Below are positions 1 to 8,808 of a DNA stretch of 64,000 nt, piece after piece. The stretch is taken from positions 4,592 to 68,591 of the forward strand of contig JAEINO010000013.1 of the NCBI GenBank assembly GCA_016342345.1, in the 5' to 3' direction. The notes beneath the pieces were generated by a model. The model saw only the letters and a list, made by a program, of their open reading frames with translations, was not told the DNA's origin and did not search any database. The position numbers and the translations under genes are program-made. This stretch comes from Pseudodesulfovibrio sp. (GTDB lineage Bacteria > Desulfobacterota > Desulfovibrionia > Desulfovibrionales > Desulfovibrionaceae). Every line of letters starts with the position of its first letter. Position 1 is the stretch's first letter.

Positions 1-1
1 G

Positions 2-1000
2 GGTGACGAGTTCGAGGAGACCTTTGACGAGGTTGCATCCGGCGGCGATGATGCCGGTGCGCTCGAAGAAGAAATCGCTTCGGAGGATGAGCCGGAACCA
101 TCGGCTCAAGAGCCTGTCGAGGAGAGTCCGAAAGACGATGATCCAGGTCTGGACGCTCTTTTTGATTCAAGTGATGAGGATGCTGATTCCTCTGACGATG
201 ATTCCGCCCCGGATGGAGAGGAGTCGGTCTTTGGTGATGATACTGGCGATCTGTTTGACGACTCGGGGGACGATGATTCCGAAGACGCTAGTGGTCTTTT
301 TGAAGACGATGATGACGCTGACGACGATGACGATGACGATGAAGAAGATGACGATGACCTCGAAGAAGGGCAAGACGATAGCCTCGACTTGGGCGATACG
401 CCACCGAAGGGCAGCAGGAAGTCGCTGGGTTGCCTGATTATTCTGCTTATTCTTGCCCTTGGCATTGGTGCCGCAATTTATTTCAAGGTTTGGACTTTTG
501 CCAATATCGAGCTTGGCAGTATTGTCAAGAACGTGCCGTTTGTGGGCCAGATGTTCATGGAAGAAACTGGCGGTGACGCAGAAGTGCCTCCGGGTGAGTC
601 TCCGGCCGACCGTGTCCGCAAGATTGAGCTCAAGAACGTCAAGCAATACTACGTGGCCAACGAGAAGGCAGGCAATCTGTTCGTGGTCGAAGGCAAGGCT
701 GTCAACAAGTTTGCCGTACCCAAGGAACAGATCAAGGTGGAAGTGGTGCTTTACGATGCCACTGGGGGCGTGCTTGTCTCCCAATCCTTCCTGTGCGGTA
801 ATGTGCTGTCGCAATTCCAATTGCAGGTGCAGACCCTGAAGGAGATCGAAGATGGTTTGTCCAGCGAGGTCGGTATCCTGTCCAATAATACTTTTATTCG
901 ACCCGGCGCATCCACGCCGTTCATGGCGGTCTTCTTTCAACCTCCGGCGGGCGTGAAGGAATTCCTGGTCAAGGTTGTTGACGTGGGCGACCCCGAGTAG
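2..1000 (+). CDS. DUF3426-like membrane-anchored protein with long acidic low-complexity N-region (5' truncated by window edge)
   Basis: Frame of ORF 389..1000 stays open back to base 2 (GDEFEETFDEVASGGDD...). Asp/Glu-rich linker, one TM helix (LGCLIILLILALGIGAAIYF), then a C-terminal domain resembling DUF3426 by recall. Confidence 0.7.
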   Translation, partial: GDEFEETFDEVASGGDDAGALEEEIASEDEPEPSAQEPVEESPKDDDPGLDALFDSSDEDADSSDDDSAPDGEESVFGDDTGDLFDDSGDDDSEDASGLFEDDDDADDDDDDDEEDDDDLEEGQDDSLDLGDTPPKGSRKSLGCLIILLILALGIGAAIYFKVWTFANIELGSIVKNVPFVGQMFMEETGGDAEVPPGESPADRVRKIELKNVKQYYVANEKAGNLFVVEGKAVNKFAVPKEQIKVEVVLYDATGGVLVSQSFLCGNVLSQFQLQVQTLKEIEDGLSSEVGILSNNTFIRPGASTPFMAVFFQPPAGVKEFLVKVVDVGDPE

Positions 1001-1267
1001 ACGACGCAGGGCTTTGGTTCCCCGCCTTTGCGGGGGGCGTGATGGCTGCTACGGTGGCATTTGGAAGCAGCGATGGGATAATCTGATTCGAATACGAGAA
1101 AGTGCTCGGTGCTTTCTCGTTTTTTTTGTGGCGGACAAGGAGAATCGGGCGTAGTTTTATGGGTGGCGTTCAAAGGTATCTTGGGCCTGGATTTTTTCTG
1201 AAAAAGGGACTGTTTTCTGGAAAAACGCATTGACGGGAATTGGCTGCATGTGCTACTTCACCACATC

Positions 1268-1285
1268 TTGTGAAGGATTGCACTA
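1268..1285 (+). promoter_or_regulatory. Candidate Rex operator upstream of the atpZ-I-B-E operon
   Basis: TTGTGAA-GGAT-TGCACTA, 2 mismatches to TTGTGAA-N4-TTCACAA; downstream of a TTGACG hexamer at 1230-1235; rex lies at the end of this cluster. Confidence 0.6.
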
Positions 1286-1341
1286 ATGGTCAATCTTCGC
1301 CATGTAAGCTTCTTGAGCAGGCGGAAACAGCTTCATAAGGT

Positions 1342-1653
1342 GTGAATATGTTCTTTTCAAAAGACGGTCGAGTGGTGAATATCGTGCAGCTGGGGGGCCC
1401 GGCAAGCACGATGGGACTGCATATTGTCTCCTCCATAATCGTCGGGCTGACATTCGGGTATTTTCTGGACGAATACTTTGGAACCAAGCCCTGGCTGCTC
1501 ATGATTTTCTTCCTTTTGGGAGTCGTGGCCGGGTTCAAGTTGGTTTTCGAGGACTTCAGAAGGCTCCAGAAACGCATGGAAGCCAGAAAGCAACAAGGTT
1601 CTTTGAAACAGGATGGTGAGGAAAGTGATGAACAAGATCAACCAAAGGCTTGA
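1342..1653 (+). CDS. atpZ: AtpZ/AtpI-family F0F1 ATPase accessory protein (gene 1)
   Basis: Two TM segments with GLTFGYFLDEYFGTKPWLLMIFFLLG motif, first gene before atpB; start may be ATG 1348. Confidence 0.8.
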   Translation: MNMFFSKDGRVVNIVQLGGPASTMGLHIVSSIIVGLTFGYFLDEYFGTKPWLLMIFFLLGVVAGFKLVFEDFRRLQKRMEARKQQGSLKQDGEESDEQDQPKA

Positions 1654-2044
1654 ACGCCTACTCGTCAAAAGCGGGTTTGCAAGGCCTGACGTTCGTATCG
1701 TTGTTCGCAATCAGATTTATGTTTCGCTGGGGACCTCTCTAGTGATCATGCTGGTAACGCTTTGTTCGCGGTGGTCGCTTGCTTATCTGGCCGGGGCTTT
1801 GCTTGCCCTTGTCAATTTCTGGGCACTTGCTCGTATTGCCCAGCATTTGGTCTACGACCAGAAAAGCGGACCATTCAAACTGTTTGTTATATTCCTCGGA
1901 AAGATGACTCTGAGTGGGCTGGCCCTCTATTGGCTGATCGGAGTCGAACGTGTTCCCCACTGGGGGTTGATATTGGGTTTAGGAACCGTGGTGATCAACG
2001 TCACCGCTACCGGCCTGATTCAGTTGGGGCAAAAAAAGGCCTAG
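1628..2044 (+). CDS. atpI: ATP synthase protein I
   Basis: Four hydrophobic helices, directly before atpB; ATG 1628 follows GAGGAAAG. Confidence 0.75.
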   Translation: MNKINQRLERLLVKSGFARPDVRIVVRNQIYVSLGTSLVIMLVTLCSRWSLAYLAGALLALVNFWALARIAQHLVYDQKSGPFKLFVIFLGKMTLSGLALYWLIGVERVPHWGLILGLGTVVINVTATGLIQLGQKKA

Positions 2045-2067
2045 ATTGATTTTAAGGAGGCTTGGAT

Positions 2068-2790
2068 ATGGGTTTTTCAGGCGGGTTACCGCATCCTCTC
2101 TTGTACATGGATATGCTCAAAAGCATCGGCCATTGGGGCTCCAAAGTAGAACACATGCTTGGCGTTCAAAGCATTAACCACGTGCTCTACATGTGGCTTG
2201 CCATGGTCATCCTGTTGAGCCTTGGCATGGTTGTTCGCAGCCGTTTGCAGCTGGTTCCCGGCGGAATGCAGAATCTCTTCGAGACCATCATCGGTGGTTT
2301 GGAAGATTTTGTCGTCGCCAACCTCGGTCAGGAAGGCCGTCAGTTCATGCCGCTGCTCTGCACCATCTTTCTTTTCATTTTGACCATGAACTACATCGGT
2401 CTGGTACCGGGTTGTGATGCTCCGACTGCGAACATCAATACTCCGGCAGCCATGGCCATCATCGTGTTTGTGTTCTACCACTTTGTTGGTGCCCGCAAAT
2501 GGGGCTTCAAGTACATCAAGCATTTCATGGGCCCGGTCGGATTCCTGGCTCCCCTGATGCTGATCCTTGAGCCAATTTCCCATTGCGCACGTCCGCTCAG
2601 CCTGACTCTTCGTCTGTTCGGAAATATTCGCGGTGAGGAAATCGTTCTTATCCTGATGTTCTTCCTGGCACCTGTCTTTGGTTCACTGCCCATGTACTTC
2701 TTGTTCATTTTGGCAAAAACCATTCAGGCATTCATCTTCTTTATGCTGACGATGTTGTACCTGCAGGGTTCCATTGAGCACGCTCATTAG
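2068..2790 (+). CDS. atpB: F0F1 ATP synthase subunit a
   Basis: RPLSLTLRLFGNI motif with the essential Arg, QAFIFFMLT; AGGAGG RBS at 2055-2060. Confidence 0.95.
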   Translation: MGFSGGLPHPLLYMDMLKSIGHWGSKVEHMLGVQSINHVLYMWLAMVILLSLGMVVRSRLQLVPGGMQNLFETIIGGLEDFVVANLGQEGRQFMPLLCTIFLFILTMNYIGLVPGCDAPTANINTPAAMAIIVFVFYHFVGARKWGFKYIKHFMGPVGFLAPLMLILEPISHCARPLSLTLRLFGNIRGEEIVLILMFFLAPVFGSLPMYFLFILAKTIQAFIFFMLTMLYLQGSIEHAH

Positions 2791-2869
2791 AAAGAGCCGC
2801 TCGTTTAATTTGGGGAAATGGTCCTAGGACCAAAACAATATTATATGATTCCATTTGGAGGATTCAAAA

Positions 2870-3181
2870 ATGAAAATCACTAAGATTCTTTTCACCACCT
2901 TGGCTATGGTTCTGGTTGCTTCCGTTGCTTTCGCTTCCGAAGGTGCTGGCGCAGACGTCATGTCCGCTAAAGCATACGCAACTGCACTGGGCATGGGCAT
3001 CGCTGCTGGCCTGTGCGGCATTGCTCAGGGCATGGGCGTCAAGGGTGCTTGTGAAGGCATCGCTCGTAACCCCGAAGCTGCTGGTCAGCTGTCCACCACT
3101 CTGATTCTTGGCCTGGCATTCATCGAATCCCTCGCCATTTACGCCCTGGTCGTCAACCTGATCCTGCTCTTCGTCGTCTAG
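2870..3181 (+). CDS. atpE: F0F1 ATP synthase subunit c with N-terminal extension
   Basis: GIARNPEA loop and FIESLAIY carboxylate helix; GGAGG RBS before ATG 2870. Confidence 0.95.
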   Translation: MKITKILFTTLAMVLVASVAFASEGAGADVMSAKAYATALGMGIAAGLCGIAQGMGVKGACEGIARNPEAAGQLSTTLILGLAFIESLAIYALVVNLILLFVV

Positions 3182-3206
3182 TATTAGACCTACGAAACGC
3201 TACTCC

Positions 3207-3232
3207 AAGGGAGGCTTCGGCCTCCCTTTTTT
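3207..3232 (+). terminator. Intrinsic terminator after atpE
   Basis: AAGGGAGGC-TTCG-GCCTCCCTT followed by a T tract. Confidence 0.85.
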
Positions 3233-3242
3233 ACCGATTAAC

Positions 3243-3260
3243 TTGTTAAAAAAATCACAA
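3243..3260 (+). promoter_or_regulatory. Candidate Rex operator (autoregulation of rex)
   Basis: TTGTTAA-AAAA-ATCACAA, 2 mismatches to the Rex palindrome, 28 bp before the rex start. Confidence 0.6.
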
Positions 3261-3288
3261 GCTTGCCCTGTTCTAAGGACGTTGAATA

Positions 3289-3921
3289 ATGAAAAGTGAA
3301 CATATCCCCAAAGCGACGATCGGACGGCTTGCCGTCTATATTCAGGTGCTCGAAAACCTGCTGCGTGATGGCAATGATGTTATCTCTTCGGAAAAACTCG
3401 CAAGGGCCTGTTCGGTCAACTCGTCGCAAATTCGCAAGGATCTCGCTTATTTTGGCGAGTTCGGAGTTCGAGGTGTCGGATATTACGTTCAGGAACTGAT
3501 TACATCCATCAAGCAGTCATTGGGAATTGATCGTGTCTGGAAGTGTGCGCTCATCGGCGTTGGCAACATGGGTACAGCACTTTTGCGTCATCATGACTTT
3601 GAACGTCGCGGGTTTCAGATCGCCGCTGCATTCGATTGTGACCCCGACAAGATAGGTCTGGAATTTGGTGACATGGAAATTGTCTGTCCGACCCACCTCA
3701 AGGAACAGGCTCCTGAAATGGGGCTTGAGATCGGTATCATTGCAACGCCGCCGGATCGGGCGCAACGAGCTGCCAATCATCTGGTTGATGCCAACATTCG
3801 CGGAATCATCAATTTTGCCCCGTCCAGAATCAATGTTCCGCCGCACATTCCCGTAGAATACGTCGATTTTTTTGATCACCTCTATTCCATTGCCTTTCAG
3901 ATTACACTGGGCAACGATTAG
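3289..3921 (+). CDS. rex: Redox-sensing transcriptional repressor Rex
   Basis: IPKATIGRLAVY, SQIRKDLAYFGEFGVRGVGY wHTH, GVGNMG Rossmann motif. Confidence 0.95.
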   Translation: MKSEHIPKATIGRLAVYIQVLENLLRDGNDVISSEKLARACSVNSSQIRKDLAYFGEFGVRGVGYYVQELITSIKQSLGIDRVWKCALIGVGNMGTALLRHHDFERRGFQIAAAFDCDPDKIGLEFGDMEIVCPTHLKEQAPEMGLEIGIIATPPDRAQRAANHLVDANIRGIINFAPSRINVPPHIPVEYVDFFDHLYSIAFQITLGND

Positions 3922-4234
3922 CAGAAATATATGGGGGGATTATTTCCCCGGTATGATTTAATCGGTTTTTTTCTGAACACCTCTGGTCTGCTGTATTCAG
4001 GGATTGTTGGCATTTGACCTGATCCCTGGATTCAAATCTCGTCAAAATGTATTGGTTAAGTATCCTGATACATTGGTTTTTCATATCCAATATCTGGCTC
4101 ACCGTATTCAATTTTTTCAGCCGAAGTTTGGCTGGAGACTTCTATCGTTATTCGTATACAAGTAGTTGCAACCTTTCCCTTGAGTTGGTATTACTTATCC
4201 AAATCTTACATGAAGTCTGGAGTCGGAATACATC

Positions 4235-7200
4235 ATGGCTGAACTCATTGGCGAAATTACTATTGTACACGGAACCGCAATTGCTGAAGGCCCTGACGGC
4301 TCTCGGGAATTGACTCAGGGCAGCCCGGTCTACGAGGGCGAAACCATCACCACTCAAGGGGCTGGTTCTGCCACGGAAATCACGTTTACTGATGGAGCGA
4401 CTCTTTCCCAGGGGCCTTCTTCTTCCGTGCGACTGGATGATTATGTCTTTGACCCGGATCAGGACACTGGCGAAATGACCCTCCAACTCATGGAAGGTTC
4501 CTTTCGCTCCGTCACGGGCAAGATTGTGGACATGAATCCTGAAGGATTCACGATAGATACTCCTTTGGCTACCATTGGAATTCGCGGAACCACAACCGGC
4601 CATAGGGTTGGCGGTCAGACCGAAGCGCATCTTGTCATTGATTTTGATGGCAAACCTGTTGTCATTCAGGGCGATGCGGGCGGTCCTCCAGCCATTATCA
4701 CTCGAGATGGCATGGGACTTACGGCCACCATTTCAGGCCTGAGCCAGCCCAGACCGGCCACGCAACGGGAGCTTGATCAGTTTGAACAGCTTTCCGGCGA
4801 GTCTCTGCAAGACGCTCCGCCCTCGGATGGGCCTGATGAAGAACAGGCTCCGGATGACGATGGCGGTGATGATGGTCAGGATACCGGAGGCGAGGCCGCT
4901 GGGTTGCTGCCTGACGGAAGTCTGGTTCCCGATTTGATGGACCCGCTTCCAGGTCAACCGCAGGGGGTTGGACCCGTCGGACCTCCCTTGTTGCCAATGC
5001 CGCCGGAAGGCCTGCCGGTTCAGGGAGGCGTTCGGGGTATAGTACCTGTAATTCCCCAACAGATTATTCCAGATGACGATGAAGGGATTGGTGACAAGGT
5101 AGTTGCCGGAACTCTGGATTTGCGCGATTTTGATTCAGATGTGACTGTTGTCATGCCCAATTCGGCAGGCTATTATTATCCCACTGATGTTCCAGATGAC
5201 AGGACAGACATCGCGTCCAACGTAGTCAATGTTTATGGTTCAACTAATCATGCCAACACGATCATCGGTAATGATGATATGAATGTTATTTTTGGCGGCA
5301 ATGAATCCGATTCCATTATAGGCGGTCTGGGGAACGATACGATTTTTTCTTCGGGCGGAGTTGATACGCTCGAGGGCGAAAACGGTTTTGACATGGTTTC
5401 CTATGCTCTTGAAGAAGCTTACGTGCAGATTGATCTTGGTGCCGGAACCGGTTTTAAAAATCATTCCAATACGACCGACGAACTGCTCACCTTTGAAGGT
5501 GCATACGGCTCTGATCATAACGACATTATCACCGGCACGACCGGTGCCAATATGCTTGTGGGCGGTGCCGGCTGGGACTTCATAGAGGGCAAGGGCGGAC
5601 AGGATTCCCTGTTTGGCGGAACCGGAAACGATCAGTTCAAGTTCACGACAACACTGGTCGATTCGGTTGTCGTTGATGGTGGGGCAGACACGGATACCAT
5701 AGAGCTTTATGGCTCTGCCAATCTGGAACTGCTCACGACAACGGGAGTGGAGGTAATCCACTTTAACGCCTCTGGTTATTCTGCGGTTTTTAACGCCTCC
5801 CTGATCAGTGATAGTTTGAATACCATCCAGGGAAACGCTCCAGGGGTTGGCGAAATCGATACTCTCACCATTAATTCGATTGTGGATGAGGATTATTCCA
5901 GTCTCACCTTCAATAACTGGGACACAAATGATGTGGTACAACTGAACGGTACCATAGGCGACGATACCATCGTGTGCACAACCGTGAACTGTACCGTGAA
6001 CGGTTTGGGCGGTGAAGACACGATCACTGACACGGCCGGCGATAACAGTATCCACGGCGATGGAGACAACGATCTCATCATAGGTGGTGCAGGAACAGAT
6101 AATTTCTTTGGAGACGCTGGAGAGGACACCCTTTCCTATCGTAACAATACCATGGGCGTTTCGGTTAATTTTGATAGCAACCAAGTCGATAATGATGGCT
6201 ACGGGACCACGGACACCTTTGATGGATTTGAAGTTTTTGAAGGGTCCAGTAAGGGTGACGTATTCTTTGCTCCCATGGACACAGCCTTCAATATTTTCGG
6301 TTCTGGCGGGAACGACACATTGACTGTGAGCTCAGACGGCATAGCGGCAGGCACATTGTTTGACGGTGGAGACGGGACCGGCGATGCCATTGACTTTGAG
6401 GGTGATGCAGACGTGAGTTCGGCCCTCGAATTCATGAATGTCGAGATACTGAATCTCATGAGCCAGAACAGTTCGCTAACATTGAACGGATCGCAGATTG
6501 ACAACCTTCCCATGGAAATCCGGGGCAGTGTCGATTCCGGCACCAGTGTGCTTGCCATCGACTTGGATGCCTCGCAAACCGTTCTTGATCTTTCTCAATT
6601 GACGTTTACCAACTGGGAATCCGGGACGGATGTCATACGTGTTTCCCGATTGGGAAGCGATGTGGATGAGGATATCGTGGGCTCCACTCAGGATGACGAA
6701 TTCCAGATGGGCTCGTTCATGACTTCTGCCGACAGCATCGACGGTGGCACCGGACATGACAATCTTTATGCCCTTTATGCCGGGGCCGCAGACGAGTTGG
6801 ACGGTATCAGGAACATAGAATACCTCAATTTGAACTGCTCGGGTGTCAATGCGTCCTATGCATTGTCCGACTCTATCGTGGCGTCAGGCGAAACACTGAC
6901 CATTGATGCCACGAACTATTCGACCGGTGATTTATCTCTGACCATTGACGGCCAGGAATCTGATGGCAAGTACAGCATTACCGGCGGTGAAGGTGATGAT
7001 TTTTATTATGGCGGGCTGCTGGGTGACACGATCCATGGTCAAGGCGGCAACGACCGAGTGGAAGGAAGGGCCGGGGATGACATCCTGAGTGGTGGACAAG
7101 GTGATGATCTTCTGTTTGGCGGCATAGGTGCCGACGAGTTGCACGGCGATTTGGGCAGCGACACATTTTACTACAGTTCCACCAATGAGGGCGGTGACAC

Positions 7201-7534
7201 CATCGCAGACTTTTTGCTGGACGGTGTGGACAAAGTGGGCTTTGAAGCGAACAATTTCAACGGCATAGATTCGGGTCAAGCTCTTGGATACGCTGAATTT
7301 CTGGACTTGGCCGACAAGACAACCGCCCTGAACTATGCGGCAGATGGCGATACAGGCATGGCCAATGGGCAGAATTTCGTGTTCCTGCACTATGATTCAA
7401 CCGGTGGTTCCACGGAAGACACGTGGCAACTCTGGTATGACCACAACGGCGCTGACGTGGCCGGAGGCCAGACGCTCATGGCTTCTTTTGATGCCGATCC
7501 AGGCCTTACGGAAGGGGATATTGTGGGAATGTAG
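4235..7534 (+). CDS. Large FecR/retention-module N-terminal, RTX Ca-binding repeat protein (probable type I-secreted surface protein)
   Basis: N-terminus GEITIVHGTAIAEGPDGSRELTQGSPVYEGETITT...TPLATIGIRGT; several GGxGxD nonamer clusters; very acidic; no signal peptide. Confidence 0.8.
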   Translation: MAELIGEITIVHGTAIAEGPDGSRELTQGSPVYEGETITTQGAGSATEITFTDGATLSQGPSSSVRLDDYVFDPDQDTGEMTLQLMEGSFRSVTGKIVDMNPEGFTIDTPLATIGIRGTTTGHRVGGQTEAHLVIDFDGKPVVIQGDAGGPPAIITRDGMGLTATISGLSQPRPATQRELDQFEQLSGESLQDAPPSDGPDEEQAPDDDGGDDGQDTGGEAAGLLPDGSLVPDLMDPLPGQPQGVGPVGPPLLPMPPEGLPVQGGVRGIVPVIPQQIIPDDDEGIGDKVVAGTLDLRDFDSDVTVVMPNSAGYYYPTDVPDDRTDIASNVVNVYGSTNHANTIIGNDDMNVIFGGNESDSIIGGLGNDTIFSSGGVDTLEGENGFDMVSYALEEAYVQIDLGAGTGFKNHSNTTDELLTFEGAYGSDHNDIITGTTGANMLVGGAGWDFIEGKGGQDSLFGGTGNDQFKFTTTLVDSVVVDGGADTDTIELYGSANLELLTTTGVEVIHFNASGYSAVFNASLISDSLNTIQGNAPGVGEIDTLTINSIVDEDYSSLTFNNWDTNDVVQLNGTIGDDTIVCTTVNCTVNGLGGEDTITDTAGDNSIHGDGDNDLIIGGAGTDNFFGDAGEDTLSYRNNTMGVSVNFDSNQVDNDGYGTTDTFDGFEVFEGSSKGDVFFAPMDTAFNIFGSGGNDTLTVSSDGIAAGTLFDGGDGTGDAIDFEGDADVSSALEFMNVEILNLMSQNSSLTLNGSQIDNLPMEIRGSVDSGTSVLAIDLDASQTVLDLSQLTFTNWESGTDVIRVSRLGSDVDEDIVGSTQDDEFQMGSFMTSADSIDGGTGHDNLYALYAGAADELDGIRNIEYLNLNCSGVNASYALSDSIVASGETLTIDATNYSTGDLSLTIDGQESDGKYSITGGEGDDFYYGGLLGDTIHGQGGNDRVEGRAGDDILSGGQGDDLLFGGIGADELHGDLGSDTFYYSSTNEGGDTIADFLLDGVDKVGFEANNFNGIDSGQALGYAEFLDLADKTTALNYAADGDTGMANGQNFVFLHYDSTGGSTEDTWQLWYDHNGADVAGGQTLMASFDADPGLTEGDIVGM

Positions 7535-7556
7535 TTTCTCAACATAATATCAAGAG

Positions 7557-7590
7557 AAACGGCATCCGCCATAAGCGGATGCCGTTTTTT
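7557..7590 (+). terminator. Intrinsic terminator after the RTX gene
   Basis: AAACGGCATCCGC-CATAA-GCGGATGCCGTTT plus T tract. Confidence 0.85.
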
Positions 7591-7657
7591 CATGCAATAC
7601 AAAGCGAGCGGGATCGGGCTTTTCTCAACAGTCTGCCAAGTTGATCTTACAGGTACT

Positions 7658-7818
7658 TTAGGGAAACGCTGATTAATTCAATCTTAAGGAAGTGCTGTAG
7701 AATTGTTCGCTGGCAAGGCGCGCAAAAAAAATCAAGGCTGACGCGTGCTTCCTGCACGCTAGGGTTTGATTTTTTTGCAGCAACGAAGCCAGAGGACAAT
7801 TATGCAGTGCTTCCTTAG
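7658..7818. mobile_element. MITE family A, copy 1 (TTAG direct repeat at both ends)
   Basis: TTAG-GGAAACGCTGATTAATT ... AATTATGCAGTGCTTCC-TTAG; close match by eye to copies at 22989, 42508 and 43465; no ORF. Confidence 0.8.
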
Positions 7819-7830
7819 AGGTCTGCTTTT

Positions 7831-8517
7831 CTAGGCCTTGAATCTGTACCCGATACCCCGGACTGTTTCTATCCAGTCGGCGTATGTGCCGAGTTTTTGA
7901 CGAAGCCTGCGAACATGCGTGTCCACGGTGCGCGAATATCCCTCGAAATGAGTGTCCCAGACGGTATCCAGAAGGTTGTCACGAGTCTGTACTTTGCCGG
8001 CCCCGGAAATGAGCACGGAGAGCAGTTTGAATTCCGTGGCTGTGAGGGCAATCTCCTGGCTATCCACGCTGAGTTGGTGGGCTTCAAAGTCGATCCGCAG
8101 TCCTTCTCGTTCCCAGAGTGTGGGAGAATCTGGTTTTGGTGCTCCATAGCGGCGCAGGACGGCCTTGACTCGCAGGATGAGCTCTCGTGGCGAGAATGGT
8201 TTGACCACGTAGTCGTCTGCTCCCAGTTCCAGGCCAACGATCTTGTCAATCTCTTCGCCCTTGGCCGTAAGCATGATGACAGGGATTCGCGCCAGCGCGT
8301 TGTCTGATTTGAGGCGGCGGCAGACTTCAAGGCCATCCAGACCCGGCATCATCAGATCCAGAAGCACTATGTTGGGCTTGAAGGCCGCAGCAAGGCCAAG
8401 GCCGGATTGTCCGTCTTCTGCGGCGGCGACATCGAAACCGGCAGAGGACAGGTTGTATTTGAGCAATTCTCTTGTGTCCCTGTGATCTTCTATAACCAGA
8501 ATCTTTTGGGCTGACAC
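7831..8517 (-). CDS. OmpR/PhoB-family response regulator (PhoB-like)
   Basis: Receiver (VIEDH, LLDLMMPGLDG, LTAK, KPFSPREL) plus wHTH (SRTVDTHVRRLRQKLG, ETVRGIGYRF); GTG start with AAGGAG RBS; no kinase adjacent. Confidence 0.9.
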   Translation of the reverse strand: MSAQKILVIEDHRDTRELLKYNLSSAGFDVAAAEDGQSGLGLAAAFKPNIVLLDLMMPGLDGLEVCRRLKSDNALARIPVIMLTAKGEEIDKIVGLELGADDYVVKPFSPRELILRVKAVLRRYGAPKPDSPTLWEREGLRIDFEAHQLSVDSQEIALTATEFKLLSVLISGAGKVQTRDNLLDTVWDTHFEGYSRTVDTHVRRLRQKLGTYADWIETVRGIGYRFKA

Positions 8518-8808
8518 GCCGTACTCCTTATGAATAGTGATATCGTACCGATCTGCTATACCCGAATAACCGCCCCATGAGTGTTACAATCACGAAACAT
8601 TTCACTGATTGGGTATCCTTTTTCAGGTGCTCTCGGCAACGTGAGTTCGGGATTTGTCCAGGCTGACGGGGGATGAGTCCCGGCAGGGTAATTATATGAT
8701 TTCATGAATCAAAATAATATGGATTTGTCCATAAAGAGGTTGGTCGGGAGTGCCGATATGATTCATGAGCCCCGGAATTAATCCCAAGCCACGATTGGAG
8801 TTGCATAC

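Noticed and set aside
300-365. GACGAT-type microsatellite
   Set aside because: It simply encodes the poly-Asp/Glu linker of the first CDS; in-frame and not a contingency locus.
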